Shown here: one piece after another, positions 50,001 through 62,400 of the stretch | Layout: every line of letters starts with the position of its first letter | Numbering within the stretch: position 1 is the first letter of the stretch | Origin: Raillietiella orientalis | Lineage: Eukaryota | Assembly: GCA_036172245.1 (NCBI GenBank) | Contig: JAYWIR010000010.1 | Span: 2,108,001 to 2,172,000 of the forward strand | Length of the DNA stretch: 64,000 bases | Direction: 5' to 3' | Position numbers and translations under genes: made by a program | Notes under the pieces: generated by a model | What the model was told of the DNA's origin: nothing | What the model saw: only the letters and a program-made list of their open reading frames with translations | Database searches by the model: none

Positions 50001-52427
50001 TCGGGAGACAGGCGAGGTGTCCTCCTCTTTCCGATCAGCAAGAGTACGTCTGCTTGTAAAGGGGGAAGATCTCCGCAACACAAGCAGCTGGTGTCCGGTT
50101 ACCGTGTTCAACGCGCACGGCAAGCCTCTCGCGAAGCCATGGACTGAGCGCCTGGGGTGTTTACCAGTCCGGAGCAGACGCACGCTGTTCCTGGGCGAAG
50201 CATGGAAACAAATCTGTTCCTAGTCATCTCCTGGCTTCAGGCAACAAAGCACTACGGCAGTCGGCCAACGGGATCCCGAATTTCGAGGCGGCCAGGGATC
50301 GGGAGGCCACGTTGAGACGGAGGAGCGGGGGCTTTGCGTTCGCAGCCGATTCGCAAGAGGCATTCGATTTTCACCTGGTTTTCGCCGTGGCGTTTATTAT
50401 AAAAACAAACCTTAAAAACGTGCTGTGGCTGGGCCAGTGCTCCAGCCACGCATGAAGAAACACAGAGCCTGCCGGGTCACCGGTTCGCAGGTCGGTCCCG
50501 TCCACCATGGCAGCAGGAGGAAGGGGGATAAACAAAAAACTAAACAAAAAGAAAAGAAAACGTGATAGGGTACGGGAAGGGATCACTGTTGCTGCCGGGG
50601 CCGTGGCATCCTTCGCAGGATGCTGGCAAGCTCTCTCTGCATTCCTGGATCCAGGTGGGGCCACCGCGTCTCCAAGAATTAAAAAATCCAAATCCGGCCT
50701 CCTCCGAAAATTCGGCGGCGCGCTGGATGGCACCCTTATCGCGACGTCCTCCCGTTGCCTTACTGCAAGCGGCGACGATCCCGCGAAGACAGCACAGGGC
50801 TGTTAACGAAGCCGCAGGCCGGAGGGCGTCGGAAACGATGAGGGCTTTCACAGCGTCCCTGGGGTTGCTGCAGTGGATTCCGATGGCCATGGCAAAGCGT
50901 AGCCAAAGGGACCGAAGGGCAACACAATCCACAAGGAGGTGGGGGAGGGACTTCCGTTCCCCACACCTAATACAGTTGGGGTTCACCAATCCCCAGGTCG
51001 AATGGTGTCGGCGGGCGTTGCAGGGGAGACCCCAATGTTGCAACAGTAGCGCCGACTCCTGCCATTTTAGGGGGAGGGTTGAGGTGTTCATGAGCACTGG
51101 AAACCACTTCAGATGTTCAATCGGAACGTCGAGCAGCGCGCCCCAGCGCAGAAGTCCATGGGGAGGTGCTCGGGGTCGCAGCGTCTGTTAGCTGTCCTGT
51201 CTTCCACTCTCCCTGCTTCTTCTCCTTACTGGAGATGGTTGCTTTAACCTCCCACTTCGCCGCAACATCGCTGTCCTGATCTTCCACTAGGGAGACCGGC
51301 GCAGCAGCGAGGGAGTTCTTCCTGACCACGCTCTCTTTTTCGGATTCTCCAGGATCTCACGGAACGTGCAACTTCTGTAGCATCCAAACAGGAACCGTCG
51401 TTCCTGTTGAGCGCGTTGTATGCCGCTCTGTGCCCACGTGCGAACGGTTTCCTGAAACCAGGCACTGCCGTTCGCGGGGCGACAGATGATCCATCCTTGA
51501 TTTTTCCGAGTCAAGGCAGCCACCCTCCGTAGCTGGAGCCCACATCGGTTGATGCAGGAGCGATGGAGTGAAAGAAAGGACGTGAGTCCCGTATTGCCAG
51601 TGGCTTGCATGACGAGAAGACGTGCAGGGACGCACCAGCAAGTGCACCACAACTCCGGCACAACGGCCATCATCCACAACTGGAGCTTCAGCTTCAGCCG
51701 CTCCAGCGTCAGGAGGCCGAGACCGCCATCCCGACGCGGAGCACACAAGTCTCTCAACAAGAATCGGCGCCTCCCGTTGCCCCACAGGACGATACGAAGG
51801 AGGTCCTTTGTCCGCTTTTTCAACTGGGGAGGGACGGAGCAAACAAAAAGGGCGGAGGATGGGAGCCGCGAACGCGTTTCACACCGCGTCCCGTTCCAGC
51901 ACGAAGGACTTGCCATTCAAAAACGGGCTGAGCTCCGATTCTGCCTTTTATAGACGACCTGACCTCGCTTCTGATAGGCAGAAGTCCCCCAGGGCCAGGT
52001 ACTTGAGGTACCTGGCCCTGGGGATCCCCAAGCGAATCCAGTCCGGTTGCCCTGCCCACACCGCACCAGCACTGCAGACTTCTCCCTGTTTCCACGCATG
52101 CCAGCTCCCCGGCGCATCAGCAGGAGATCGTTGGCATAGGCCGACACGGCATGCGTGCTGGAGCACTAGCTGGAAAGGACAGCAAGAATTGTCCTGTCCG
52201 TCCTCAGTACCAACTCGAAGTAGATGCTGAAGAGCAACTGCTCAGACTGTCTCCTTGCAGAATCCCTCTCCGCACCGGTACGCCGCACACGTGCCGGCCG
52301 CTGAAAAAACGCTGATCATCGTGTTGAGCCAGTAGTGCACAGGAAGGCCAGGAGGACATCCGGGTATCCCATGCCTTCCAGATGTTCCAAAAGGAGCTCC
52401 TGGTCGATGCAGTCGAATGCCTCTTGC
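47060..52427 (+). mobile_element. Near full-length degenerate Tx1/L1-clade LINE (ORF1 + APE-RT-zinc finger ORF2); 3' half (50368-52427) lies inverted on the - strand
   Basis: ORF1 knuckle CSHCNKIGRLKRRCP (~47837). APE motifs ACWNVNGL, DLVLLQE, TNMYA, IDHV and LSDH. RT motifs KAPGMDGLPDEFY and QEAFD on +. On - QEAFDCID, RRGILQGDSLS, AYANDL, RDGGLG, CIRCGERKSLPHLLVDC, then the 3' UTR with AATAAA. Confidence 0.92.
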
Positions 52428-54835
52428 TACGACCCTCCGGATGCCGGTTGGCAGCATCCCAGAGACGTTTTCCGGCTTCTCTTCGTGCGGGACGCCCTGC
52501 AGCCAGCCGCAGCCGTGGCAGCACTTTGCTGCATCCGTGGAATTGTGGCCGCTTGGAGTGAAGCCGAGGATGAAGACCAGAACGAGAGGAACGTCATCCC
52601 GTATGCTGTTCGCTTCCTGGTGAGAGCAACTGGATGGCTCCAACTGGGTCAAATGCAGAAGGACCTCGAGGGCATTCTGCGAAGGATGAACCCACCTCCC
52701 AGTGGGCAATGATCCTTTCTCGGCCCTCCAAAAAATTGTTTTTTTCCCCTTTATGTTTTATTTTTCTTTTTGTTTCCCCCCCCACCCCCCTCCACTGCCT
52801 AGGAGAGTCACGCTGGTCTGCATCCCGGCGTCCCGGCAGGTCCTGGGAAATGTTGGCCGTTAGTGGGGCCTTGTACCACGTAATGTATTGACGATTGAAA
52901 AGTTTTAATAAACGTCCCGGCGTTATGGCGATGGCCTTGAGAGATGGGAAGTATCCTGCAAGATCTTAGGAAAAAAGAAGCAGTTGGGATGTTGGACGGC
53001 GCGCCAACTGGCTGATGCATGTACCCCCACCGCCCTCCCCAGAGGAATTCGTCGCTGGACGGAAATTCTGGACATCCCCTTAGAAGAGGTGCAGACTATC
53101 TCGGTGTTTGTGGACAGCTTCACGATTTCCTCGAAGTTTTCACCCGGTCAAGCCGGGGCGTTTATTTAAAAACTAACAGTATTTGCGGTACAAGGCCCCG
53201 CTGCGGCCAATAGTTCTATGGAGCTGTCTGGTGGTCAGTGCACAGACCGCCATAACACTCCACGTCAACGGATGGGGTTAGGGAAAAAACAAAAAAAAAA
53301 TAAAAAGTAGAAACACTGGTCATTGGGAGGGCCGGGAAGGGATCACTGTCCGTTTTGTGGAGCTTCCATCCTTTGCAGGATGTCGACGAGGTCCTTCTGC
53401 AGATTTCCCAGGTGGGGCCATCGGGATGCAATTTCCTCGAAGTGGCAGGACTCGGCATTGCAGCTGTCGCACTGGACGAGGGGGAGTCGCTCCCGACTGT
53501 GCCAGGTGCGAAGAAACGTGAAACCTTCCCGCACCTGTTTTTGGATTGCGTTGCCTCCCTGAGTGTATGGAACGCTGACCCTCCCTTTTCCAATGGGCAA
53601 CAACAGAGAGATCTTACTCTGCCTATTCACGTGCGACTGGATGTCGCCTGCAGCTTTCCTTGGAGCTCCGTGCTGCCTTCGTGGGATCGTGGCAGCGAGA
53701 AGTCGCACGGAAAGAAGTCAGTCGAAAGGTGAGATCATCCCAATCGTTTGCTCCTTCACGGGGAAGGCAACGGCAAGATGGCCTCATCTCTACCAACAAA
53801 AGGAGGAGTTGATGTGTCCGAGATGTCCTTTGGACCGGAAGCGCATCCTTAGCCCTCAGAGGAGCGCTAAGGATTCGCAGCTGGGAGTGTCGGCGGAGTA
53901 CGTCTTGGAGCAAAATCGCCTGCTGCTAGACCAGATCGACTCCCTGAGTAGCCGGGCGGATTCGCTGCTCCGCTACGAAGAGAAATTCCTGGACCTCCGC
54001 CAAGGCAGAGCAGCTAAGGAGTCCGAAAAAGCATCGGAAGCGGAAGAACCACACCTCTTCAGGGGGTCGGACGCCCTGAGAGCCAGCCTGGTCGTCACGC
54101 AGCCCAAGAAAGAAAACTTGGACGAGCTGCCGGACAACGACGCTTACCTGTCCAACGCGAACCTCAAGTTCCGGGAGCAGCTGATTATCGACGAACTGGC
54201 CCCTGAAAGTAGGAAGGCGGAGCTGAAAGGAGCAAGGAAGAGAGGGAGGAGATGAGGTTCTTCTCGAAGAGGATTCTCTGCTTCTTCCCGGAGGTGGAGC
54301 GGAGCACCGGTCCTCACCGGTTTCACTTTGTATCTTCTAAACATCTGCAGCGGCAAAGACCTGGGTCTTTGCCGCTGCAGATTTCGCAGTCTTTGCTCTC
54401 TTCGCCCTGGAGCAGAGACGATTCCTGCACAAGATCTCTTGCTGGATGATGGCTAAGATGCTCAAATAGAACGAATTCCTTTGTTGCACCATGCAGCGCT
54501 TCCTCAAAGAAAAAAAAAAAAAGGAGGATGTTGGCAACCTCCTCCGAAGGATGCTGAGGACTCCAGGAAAAAATCTGCGATCCCTTGCCTCTACCCCTCT
54601 CCTTAACTGAATTTTTTTGTGTGTGTGTGTTATGTGTTTTTATGTACCCCTTTTCCCACTCCTGTGTGGACCTCATCGGGGAGCTGCTCACGAGAAGCAT
54701 CGCCCCGAGGTGGCATTGCCCTTCGTAGTGGTGATGTGAAGCCACCACGTGGAAAGACATTTTTTATCTTGTATATGACTGCTTTTTTTTTGTGGATTTT
54801 TTTGCGTAATAAACGCTCTCGCGTGACCGGGTAAA
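52428..54835. mobile_element. Nest of at least four further 3' fragments of Tx1/L1-like LINEs (+ 52428-52925; + 52940-53830 interrupted by - 53138-53430; + ~54260-54835)
   Basis: Repeated peptides CCIRGIVAA/CCLRGIVAA, QKDLEGIL/QKDLVDIL and ETFPHLFLDC; repeated AATAAACG termini at 52907, 53166(-) and 54808; TSD ATTTCCTCGAAGT at 53125 and 53431. Confidence 0.85.
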
Positions 54836-54839
54836 TATG

Positions 54840-55450
54840 AAGGACCCATGCCGAGAAACGGATGCGTCGTAGGTTTCGAGTTCTCCTGAAACATGATGTT
54901 GGCCTAAATCCGAGTGCGGCGCTGGTGGAAGCCGGGAACCAGATGCCCCCATTGACTGATGAGATTGAAAGCTGACCCTCTGGGTTCTTCCAGGAATCAA
55001 AGAGTCCTTCGGGGTTCCCTTCTGTTTGTGAAAATGGAGCCGTACCATCGCGTACCACGAAGCTGGTCGATGGCCCTCTCGAAGGGTTGCCTCTTCAGAT
55101 TGTAAGAAGGGTGCCGCTCCCTTCGGGGAACGCCCTCCAGAGGAATTCGGGAGGATCCCTTCGGGGTTCTCCTTAGAGGTGGAAACTAGGAAAGGATCCA
55201 CTGAGTGTTCCCTTCGGAGAAGAAATACAAGAGTGGCCACTTCCGGGAGATCCCTCCGGAGAGAATAAGGACGAAGAGTTCCCTTCAAGGTTCGATCCTA
55301 AGCGTGAGAGGAACGGAACTCTTTTCCTTGGAGCCCTTCCTGAACTCACGGGATGGTCCCCTTTCGGGATTACCCCAACTCGAAGAGCTACTACACAGGA
55401 CAGTGTCGAAGAGGGAATTTCGTAAGTATTCACCCATCGCACCTGGCAAT
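54840..55450 (+). mobile_element. 3' region of the tRNA-module Gypsy family (further copy)
   Basis: Reverse complement aligns by eye with 27590-28130 and 26280-26500; shared translated stretch GHSCISSPKGT / GHSIISSPKGT. Confidence 0.7.
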
Positions 55451-56439
55451 ACAGAGGTCGGGACGAAAAAACCCCTTCTACTCGCGCTAAGTCTCACATC
55501 TTCCTGGTTCTCTCCACACCTCCTCCGGGAAAATTTCGCAGTGGGTTCCGAGCCGCAGAGCCGCTTCTCTTGGGAATACCGAATACAAATCCGTGCCGAA
55601 ATCCCTGTGGGTTGTGGGTGTGCAGGGAAGCACTCTTCTGCACTGGGACCTTACTGGATGCCATGCCCGCAGCCCGCAGGCAATCGAGCACGGGAGTCAT
55701 ATGCAGGTGGATGCTCCTCCCTGTTTTCTGGGTTCTCGACAGCTGCGTTTCCGCCCACCCTACTCCCGATCTTATCAATGTTTGCTTAGGGGGCTGCAGC
55801 TTCGCACGCTCCGTGCCTTCGCCCTTCTTCCGCTTGCGTCATGAAAATTCTTCCGCTGACCATTGTTGTGTGCAGAAGCGTCTCCGCCCATCTTCCGGGT
55901 TCCCTAAACAGCCGGAGAAGCACCCGAGACGCGACCAGCACCTGATCCATCAACGTAGCAGCCTCCGGGATGATGGGTGGCTCCCCGGACGCGGCGGTCA
56001 TCTTTCGCAGGATGACCCTGCTGCTCGCACCTGAACATCCACTTTAAGATGCTCGTGGCGCGCACCCGCGTCTTCCATTCCTGGAATGGACCGTCGTGCA
56101 GGAGGAACGTCTGCTCCTTCCCGTTCGGAGAGGAGGCCGGGGAGGAAAGGGGAAAGGAGGGGGGGCATCCCCAGATCTTCTCGGTCGGAATCCGGAAGGG
56201 TCTCTTCGGTCTCCTCTCCGCCTCGCCTTCGAGTACTTTGAAATGCTTTGTTTCCCCGCGCCCCTGCTGCCGCAATCCTCGCTCCTCTCCATCCCTCTCC
56301 TCCTCCTCATTTTCCGAGATGAAGCTTTCGCTTTTCCTCATCTGCGAGTGTTTGACCTCGGCGCGTTGCGATTCCTTCTGGGCGACTGTAGCCTCCAGGA
56401 AGTCCGGGGCCAGGCACTTCGTGTCGAGCGGACGGAGCT

Positions 56440-59400
56440 CACGCGATTCGGTCCTTCCAGAAGGGCCCCAATGGAAGAGAGAGTGAGAGAGAGGGGGGGA
56501 AGGAAGGGGGACTTTTTTTCTTTTGGCGTTCCATCTTAGGAAGCATAAGGTCCCTCAGGAAGTGCCTGATCACCCGAGGCGGCTGGACCACTCTCCTGCA
56601 TGTGCCCAAGGCTCGCCAGAAGAGAGCTCGCCGCCGTCCCGAGAGCTGCTCCTCCCCCGAGTGTGGAATCAAGTGGGGGAGTGCGTCCCGTTCCGCACTG
56701 TCTGTGAAAGACACATCCGTGCCCCCAAGGAGCTGTCCAGGAAGATCCTGCAGCATCTGCGAGGCTTCCAGGTCTCATCCTCAGTCGACCCCGGCACGGA
56801 AAAGGACGCCTCCAGGTTCCGTTCCCCCGAGCGATGCCGTTCCTGGAGGATGGAGGTCGCGGACGGGACGTTCGACCCGGCACGGTTGAGTAGGGGAAGT
56901 CAGGAACCGTGCAGGACAGCGACCCACCCACCTCACGTAGGGGAGGGGAGGGAGGTAACGCCAGCCCATCAAACCTGTTGCTGTGCGGGTTGCCCTGGAT
57001 GCGAGACGATGCCTCTCGTTCGGGACTCCTGCTCAGTCGCGTGCAGCCAGAATCCAAAACTATTCTCCCTTCGCAGACATCTCCACTTCCCCGTGGTGCG
57101 GTCAGTCCGCTGCTAACGGGCCACGCGTGAGACCACTGCTTCCGGGGGAGCATCTCCACCCCTCAACAATGCGTTCCTTGGAGCCATAAATCCACATCTC
57201 TCATGAGGGGGGATCTGCCGCCCTTCCCGTTCGAAGCGTCCTGGAATGGAGGGAGGGGACGCACGCTGCTGCTCCAGCGGGTTCTCCTCCCTCTGTTCGC
57301 CTTCCACCGCTTTCCCTTTCGGACGGATAGCGAACATGAATGCGAAAGTGAAAGTCAATGAGACCAGAAGCAGAAGTCAAGGTTTGGGGAGGTGGGGGGT
57401 GGAAGGGAAGGGGGAGGAGAGGACGCACCACGAATTTTGCCCGCCAGCTCCCATCTCCCCGCCGCCGCTGTCGCAGAGGGCTCTTTCAAACTGCTCTGGA
57501 CGGTCCACGGTCCGGTCCTTCCGAGAGGAGAGACTGGCCGTCTCGCTGCTCTTCTCCCTCCCTGAATTTCCCTTCTTGGAAACTCCGTGCTCAGGCGAGG
57601 TCCGTGGTCGTCCATGGGTCCCTTCCCTCCCTCCCTTCTTTCTTTCCTTTGCTCCCGCTCTTCCGAGTCGGCGGGCCGGAGACGCGTTAGGCAACGCGGT
57701 CGATCGATCGAGGCGCGCGGGACGGCGCGCAGCGATGGAAGGGGCTGGAGCCTGGAGAACCTGAGCGCGCATCGCGCCGAGTCGACAGCCGACAGGAGTG
57801 GCCGCACGACAGGAGGGCGATTCCGGGTCTCGTCCCAGGATCGTCGTCGTCTGTGCACGGCCGAGTGGAGCGGGCGAGCGAGGATAGGAGGAAACGCTGG
57901 TTTCGTTCCTTCCTCACCGGTGCCATCTATGAAGCTTGTTGCGAGTTTCTTCGACCAGGGGCGAACTGGGTGAGACCACCGAGAGCGGTGCTGCTACCGT
58001 CTCTGTTCTTCTCGGGAGAGCGTACGGGAACCGTCTTCTCTCCCTCCCGTCTTGGAAACGGGAGCCCGATGCAACACCACAGAGAGAACGTCTCGCGATG
58101 GCGTCGTAGGAATTCCCATGGGGACAGTCCTCCGCGGGAGAATTTCCTCGTGCTCCGTCGTCATCGCTTGGAGCGTTTGACCCACTCGGACATGCCCGAT
58201 GCGCACGATGGCCTTCGACAAAGTCCGGTGAGAGCACAGCATTGAGGCCGCCTCCAGATCTCGCCTTCCCGGCCCTTCTCTCTGCGCGTAACTTCTCGGA
58301 GTCTTAAAAGATGGCCACTTGGCCTGCGGCACGGCGTGCACGGAATCCCTGCGGCGAAACGCGCATCAGGAGGGCGGGCACCGCTGCGGGTATCCCGGCA
58401 ACGGTAGGATCCTCGGCGCTTCACGATTCGGAGCGGCCTTTACCAGAGCCGCTCCCTCATCGCAGCTCCCCTGAGGATTATGGAGACCCCCATACCGGTG
58501 AGACCCCTCGGGTTGCCCTTCTTTCGGCAGGGTCCTCGGTTTCCTGAATCAGGAAAGGTGAGGAGAGCGTCGAGGTCATCGAGCTCCGCTCTGAGGCGTA
58601 TTCAGAGAGGCTGTCAGGGATGATCCCAGAGCGAAAGTTTCGTAGAGAGAAGGAGGGGAAGGAACTCTAGCCGTCGCAACCACAGAGGACGTCCTGTGAC
58701 CACAGCCACAACAACCACAACAAAAAAAGGGGAAAACCAGGAAGAGTGAGGTCATGCGAAGCTGCGGGTAGGCGTCACATGCACTCCGCAGTTCAGCAGA
58801 TCCGCCAGCGGCGTGTTTCATCTAGCCGTGCTGCTGAGTCTGGAGATTTCGCAGACCGCTGCTTATCTTGGCTCTTCCAGGGCTGAAGCTGCGGAAACCC
58901 TGCCAGGAAACCAGGGGGGTTCGCAAATGAGGGTTCAGCGGGTGTACGCACTTCGGAGCCGGAGGGTGCTTGGAAGAGCCCGTCGATGTCAGGGAGCAGG
59001 GGAACGAGCACACTCGGTGGGACCGCCCCTCCGTCGCGGCAGGTCACAGACTCGCGCGCTCTTCGCGAGCAGACGCGATGCAGGCTCTGTTCACCAGCCT
59101 CTTTCGATTCCGGGCACCAGTCGCCTCTGAACCAATGGGAACGCGAGCCTCCGAGTCCACTGCCATCCTTTTCGTGGATCCCCTTCCGGTTCCACGTGGC
59201 CGCAAACGCCAGCAGCTTCCTGCCCAAATCGAAAGCAGCACCGCGCCGTGGAAACTGCGACGCATCGTCGGAATGGCGAGCCTCGTCCACCTGCCACGTC
59301 AGCGGCGTCCTTCCGAACCAGCGGATGGCGCGCCGGCTCATGATGGCCATCGCGCCCCTCCCTCGGAGGCCCCAATCGGGAAGGATAGGGGAAAGCGGCG

Positions 59401-62400
59401 AGACGAATGGCCGTCCGAGATACGACTGTGGAAACCCCTCCGGGCGCGTTCGCGCGCGGGAGAGCACGTCCACTCGTTCATGCCCCTGAGCGATGTTTCG
59501 TCGCAGGAACGTCTCGTGCGGTGTTCGCAGAAACGCAGTGTGGCTTTCGACGCGCTCCCCGTTCCATCACGGGGACGCGCCGCCTCACTCGAAGTCGGGC
59601 TCGCTACGGGAGGGCTAGGGACGTCTAATGGTGGTCCATACCCGCGAAACGGCAGTCGCCCGAGCGAGCGATTCCCGGGTTGCCGTCTGCTGATCGTTGC
59701 CATCCTGCAGTGCCAGAAAAGTGGTCGTTGCGAAGAAACGAGGGCCACCATCGCCGAGAAGAAGGAGAGGGTTCAGGACGGGGGTGATTTCGACAGGCGA
59801 TCTCCAGTCCACGCGGCAGCAACATGGCGCCGGGGAGGATCGACTTCCGCTTCTATGAGTATAGCCTGTACATCTCAGGCACCCTTTCTACGCAAAGCCG
59901 TTCGCAGGGAGACGCTGCGAGGGCACCGGATCCCTGGCTCGCCTCCTTTGGAATGGTTGCTTCGGATCCCTCAGGAAGGTGCGAGAGGAGTCTCGACGGA
60001 CCCGGCCCGCGGTCCGATTGCAGACCGAGGGCAGAGAGGCTGCCGCACGTCGAGAGGACGCTCCCAGAAGGCTGCTGGCGAGGGAGGCAGCACCTCCCCC
60101 AAGCACCTCCCCTCTCCTCCCCAGATGAAGCCGGAGGTCATCTGCGCCTCGGACCTGAGCGACTTCGGCGTGCAGGTCGTCCCTAGCAGCAGCTGCCTCC
60201 CGGGAGTGCCATCCTCGAGAGTTTTCGTCGCCTTCTCGCTTCCAGGGTCCCTGCACGGGCACCCGCCATCTGCACAGAGCTCCCGGACAGGTTGCGAATG
60301 GACCAGAACCCGGCGGTGCCCCTTGCTCCCTCTCCCGTCTCCACGGGGGACACGCCGAGCTCGGCGACGTCCGTCCTTCCCCGGCGCCGCGTCGTGAGCA
60401 GCGGTCTGCTCATGTCCGTCGAGCACGGTGCGGGTCGAAGGGATCACGGCGGCGGTCGAACGGAAACCGGGAAGCCTTCGCCGCTCCCGTCCACTCAGGC
60501 AGCCGAGCCGCTCGTCAGATCCTGGTCCAGCAGACCGGAGGTGGCGCAGCGTCGCGGAGGAAACCGGCTGCGGAGCCCCGCCTGTCCGCAGGAGACGCAG
60601 AGACGTCTCTTCCGGACGGGCTCCTTGTGCAGCCACGGGCAACGGCTCGTTGTCATCTCTCGGCAGGGCATCTCCGGCGTCTCGAGGTTCCCAGAATCGC
60701 CGCAGAGGCGTCTGGGAAAGAACCTCGAGCTCCCTCCCAGTCTTCTTCGTGCCGGATGCTAAGCCGTGCGCGTTCTCGACTGGGCGTGGGACCGGGCGCT
60801 GGTGCGTTTTCCCTCCGTCCGGGGGTCGGTGGGATGCGTCCCCTCCTTCTGGTGACAAAATAGGACGTCTTCCTCCCGGTCTCTTGGGGTGTCGAGGAGG
60901 GGCCTGTAGACAGCTCCGGTGCTCCTGGAGAGTCCACCTTCGCCGCACGCATCTCGTCCGCAGCTTTCTCAGGGATACTGGGGACCTCGGCTGGAGCTGT
61001 TGAGGAAGGATGCGACGACGTCGCAGTCTCTTCGGACGGCGTCACGCGTCGGAGTGACGATCACTTGCCGTGAGCTGAAGTGAAGCTCAGTGAGGGATCA
61101 TCACTAGTGTGTGGGGGCGCAGGTGGGTCCTAACGAGGCAGGAGAGCTTTCTGGACCGTTGCTCGTCTTCCAGATGGATCCTGTGCATGGACGCTCGAGG
61201 GAATCGCCACTCCCTCGGAAGAGCATTTCCCTTTGTGCTCTCCTTCATTTTTCCGGTTGGCCCCGCCGTGGCTTTGTTGTGGGTGCTCATCGGTCTGTCG
61301 CGGTGGTCACGACCTGCGCCGGCGGAGGAAATCGGAAAAGTGGCCCAGTCCGGATTGACTGCTCGGGGGGTCGGTCCCTCCGAGAAGGCATGTAGAGACA
61401 CGTCGGAGGGAGGTATGTGCTGGAGCTGTTGCCAGCAGGGCGCGGACCCGAGCTGTCTCCTGCCCCTCAGCGCGCGGCAGGATCCCATCTCTCCCTTATT
61501 CCTCGAACTGAAAGAGGATGGTGGATTTCCGCTGGCCGAAGGAAGGGCCGACTCGTCTTTCTCTAGCTGTGCTCCGGACTCAGCGGACGGGTTCCAGGCG
61601 GGAAGGGCAACCCGAGGGGCCCGCTGGCTGTGAGCGCGCCAAGTGTGTCAGCGGGAGCGACGCTAGACCTGACCCTCCCCTGGCTGCAGCACGGCGCCTG
61701 CGGGCGGATAGGAGGACGGAAGTTTGTGGGAAGACTCTGGAGAGAGTAGGCGGAGTGGCGAATGAGGGGTGGTGAGGCGGACCGGCGAGCACGAGATCAT
61801 CCCGGAGCGTTTCAGGAGGGTTGCGGGAACGCTGACGGCAGGAAAGGAGAGTCAGGGCCCCGAAAGGTGCTCAGGGACTCTGCGATTGCTTAGAGGAGCC
61901 TGGAGTAGGGAGAAGGTCGAGGGCAAACGGCGATCAGGACGGGGTTCGTGCTCCGCCCCAGGGAAGGTGAGCCCCCAGTCTCATTTCTTCCCTTTCCTGC
62001 GCTCCTCCCAAGGGAACCAGTGGTCGTGGCCTCTGGAGGCGGCTTTCGGTTTCGAGAAGACGCAGGCGTGCTCGTTCGCCCTCTTCTTCCCTCCCGTCCC
62101 GCGTTGCCCCGTCCATACGATCGGCACTCCCAGCCGATGGAGACGGGCAACGCCCATCTCCATCGACCGGGAGTGCTGACGCTTTCTTGAACTGTCTCCG
62201 ACCCCTCTTCTGCTGCGCATGCTCTGGAAGGAGCGTTCCTCAGAGGGCACTCACCTCACCCTTCTTCTTCTGGATCGAGGAGGCCTCTTTTCGTCGCCGT
62301 CCGGCAGGCGCTGCCAGATCGTGAGGTGACTATTCCGTGGGCGGGCCGGAGGAACTCCGTGCCACTGGAGAAAAGAGTCCTCGAATCTCTTCCGAGACCT

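Noticed and set aside
58970..60397. 475-aa ORF as a protein-coding gene
   Set aside because: Low-complexity GC-driven translation overlapping LINE debris in both orientations.
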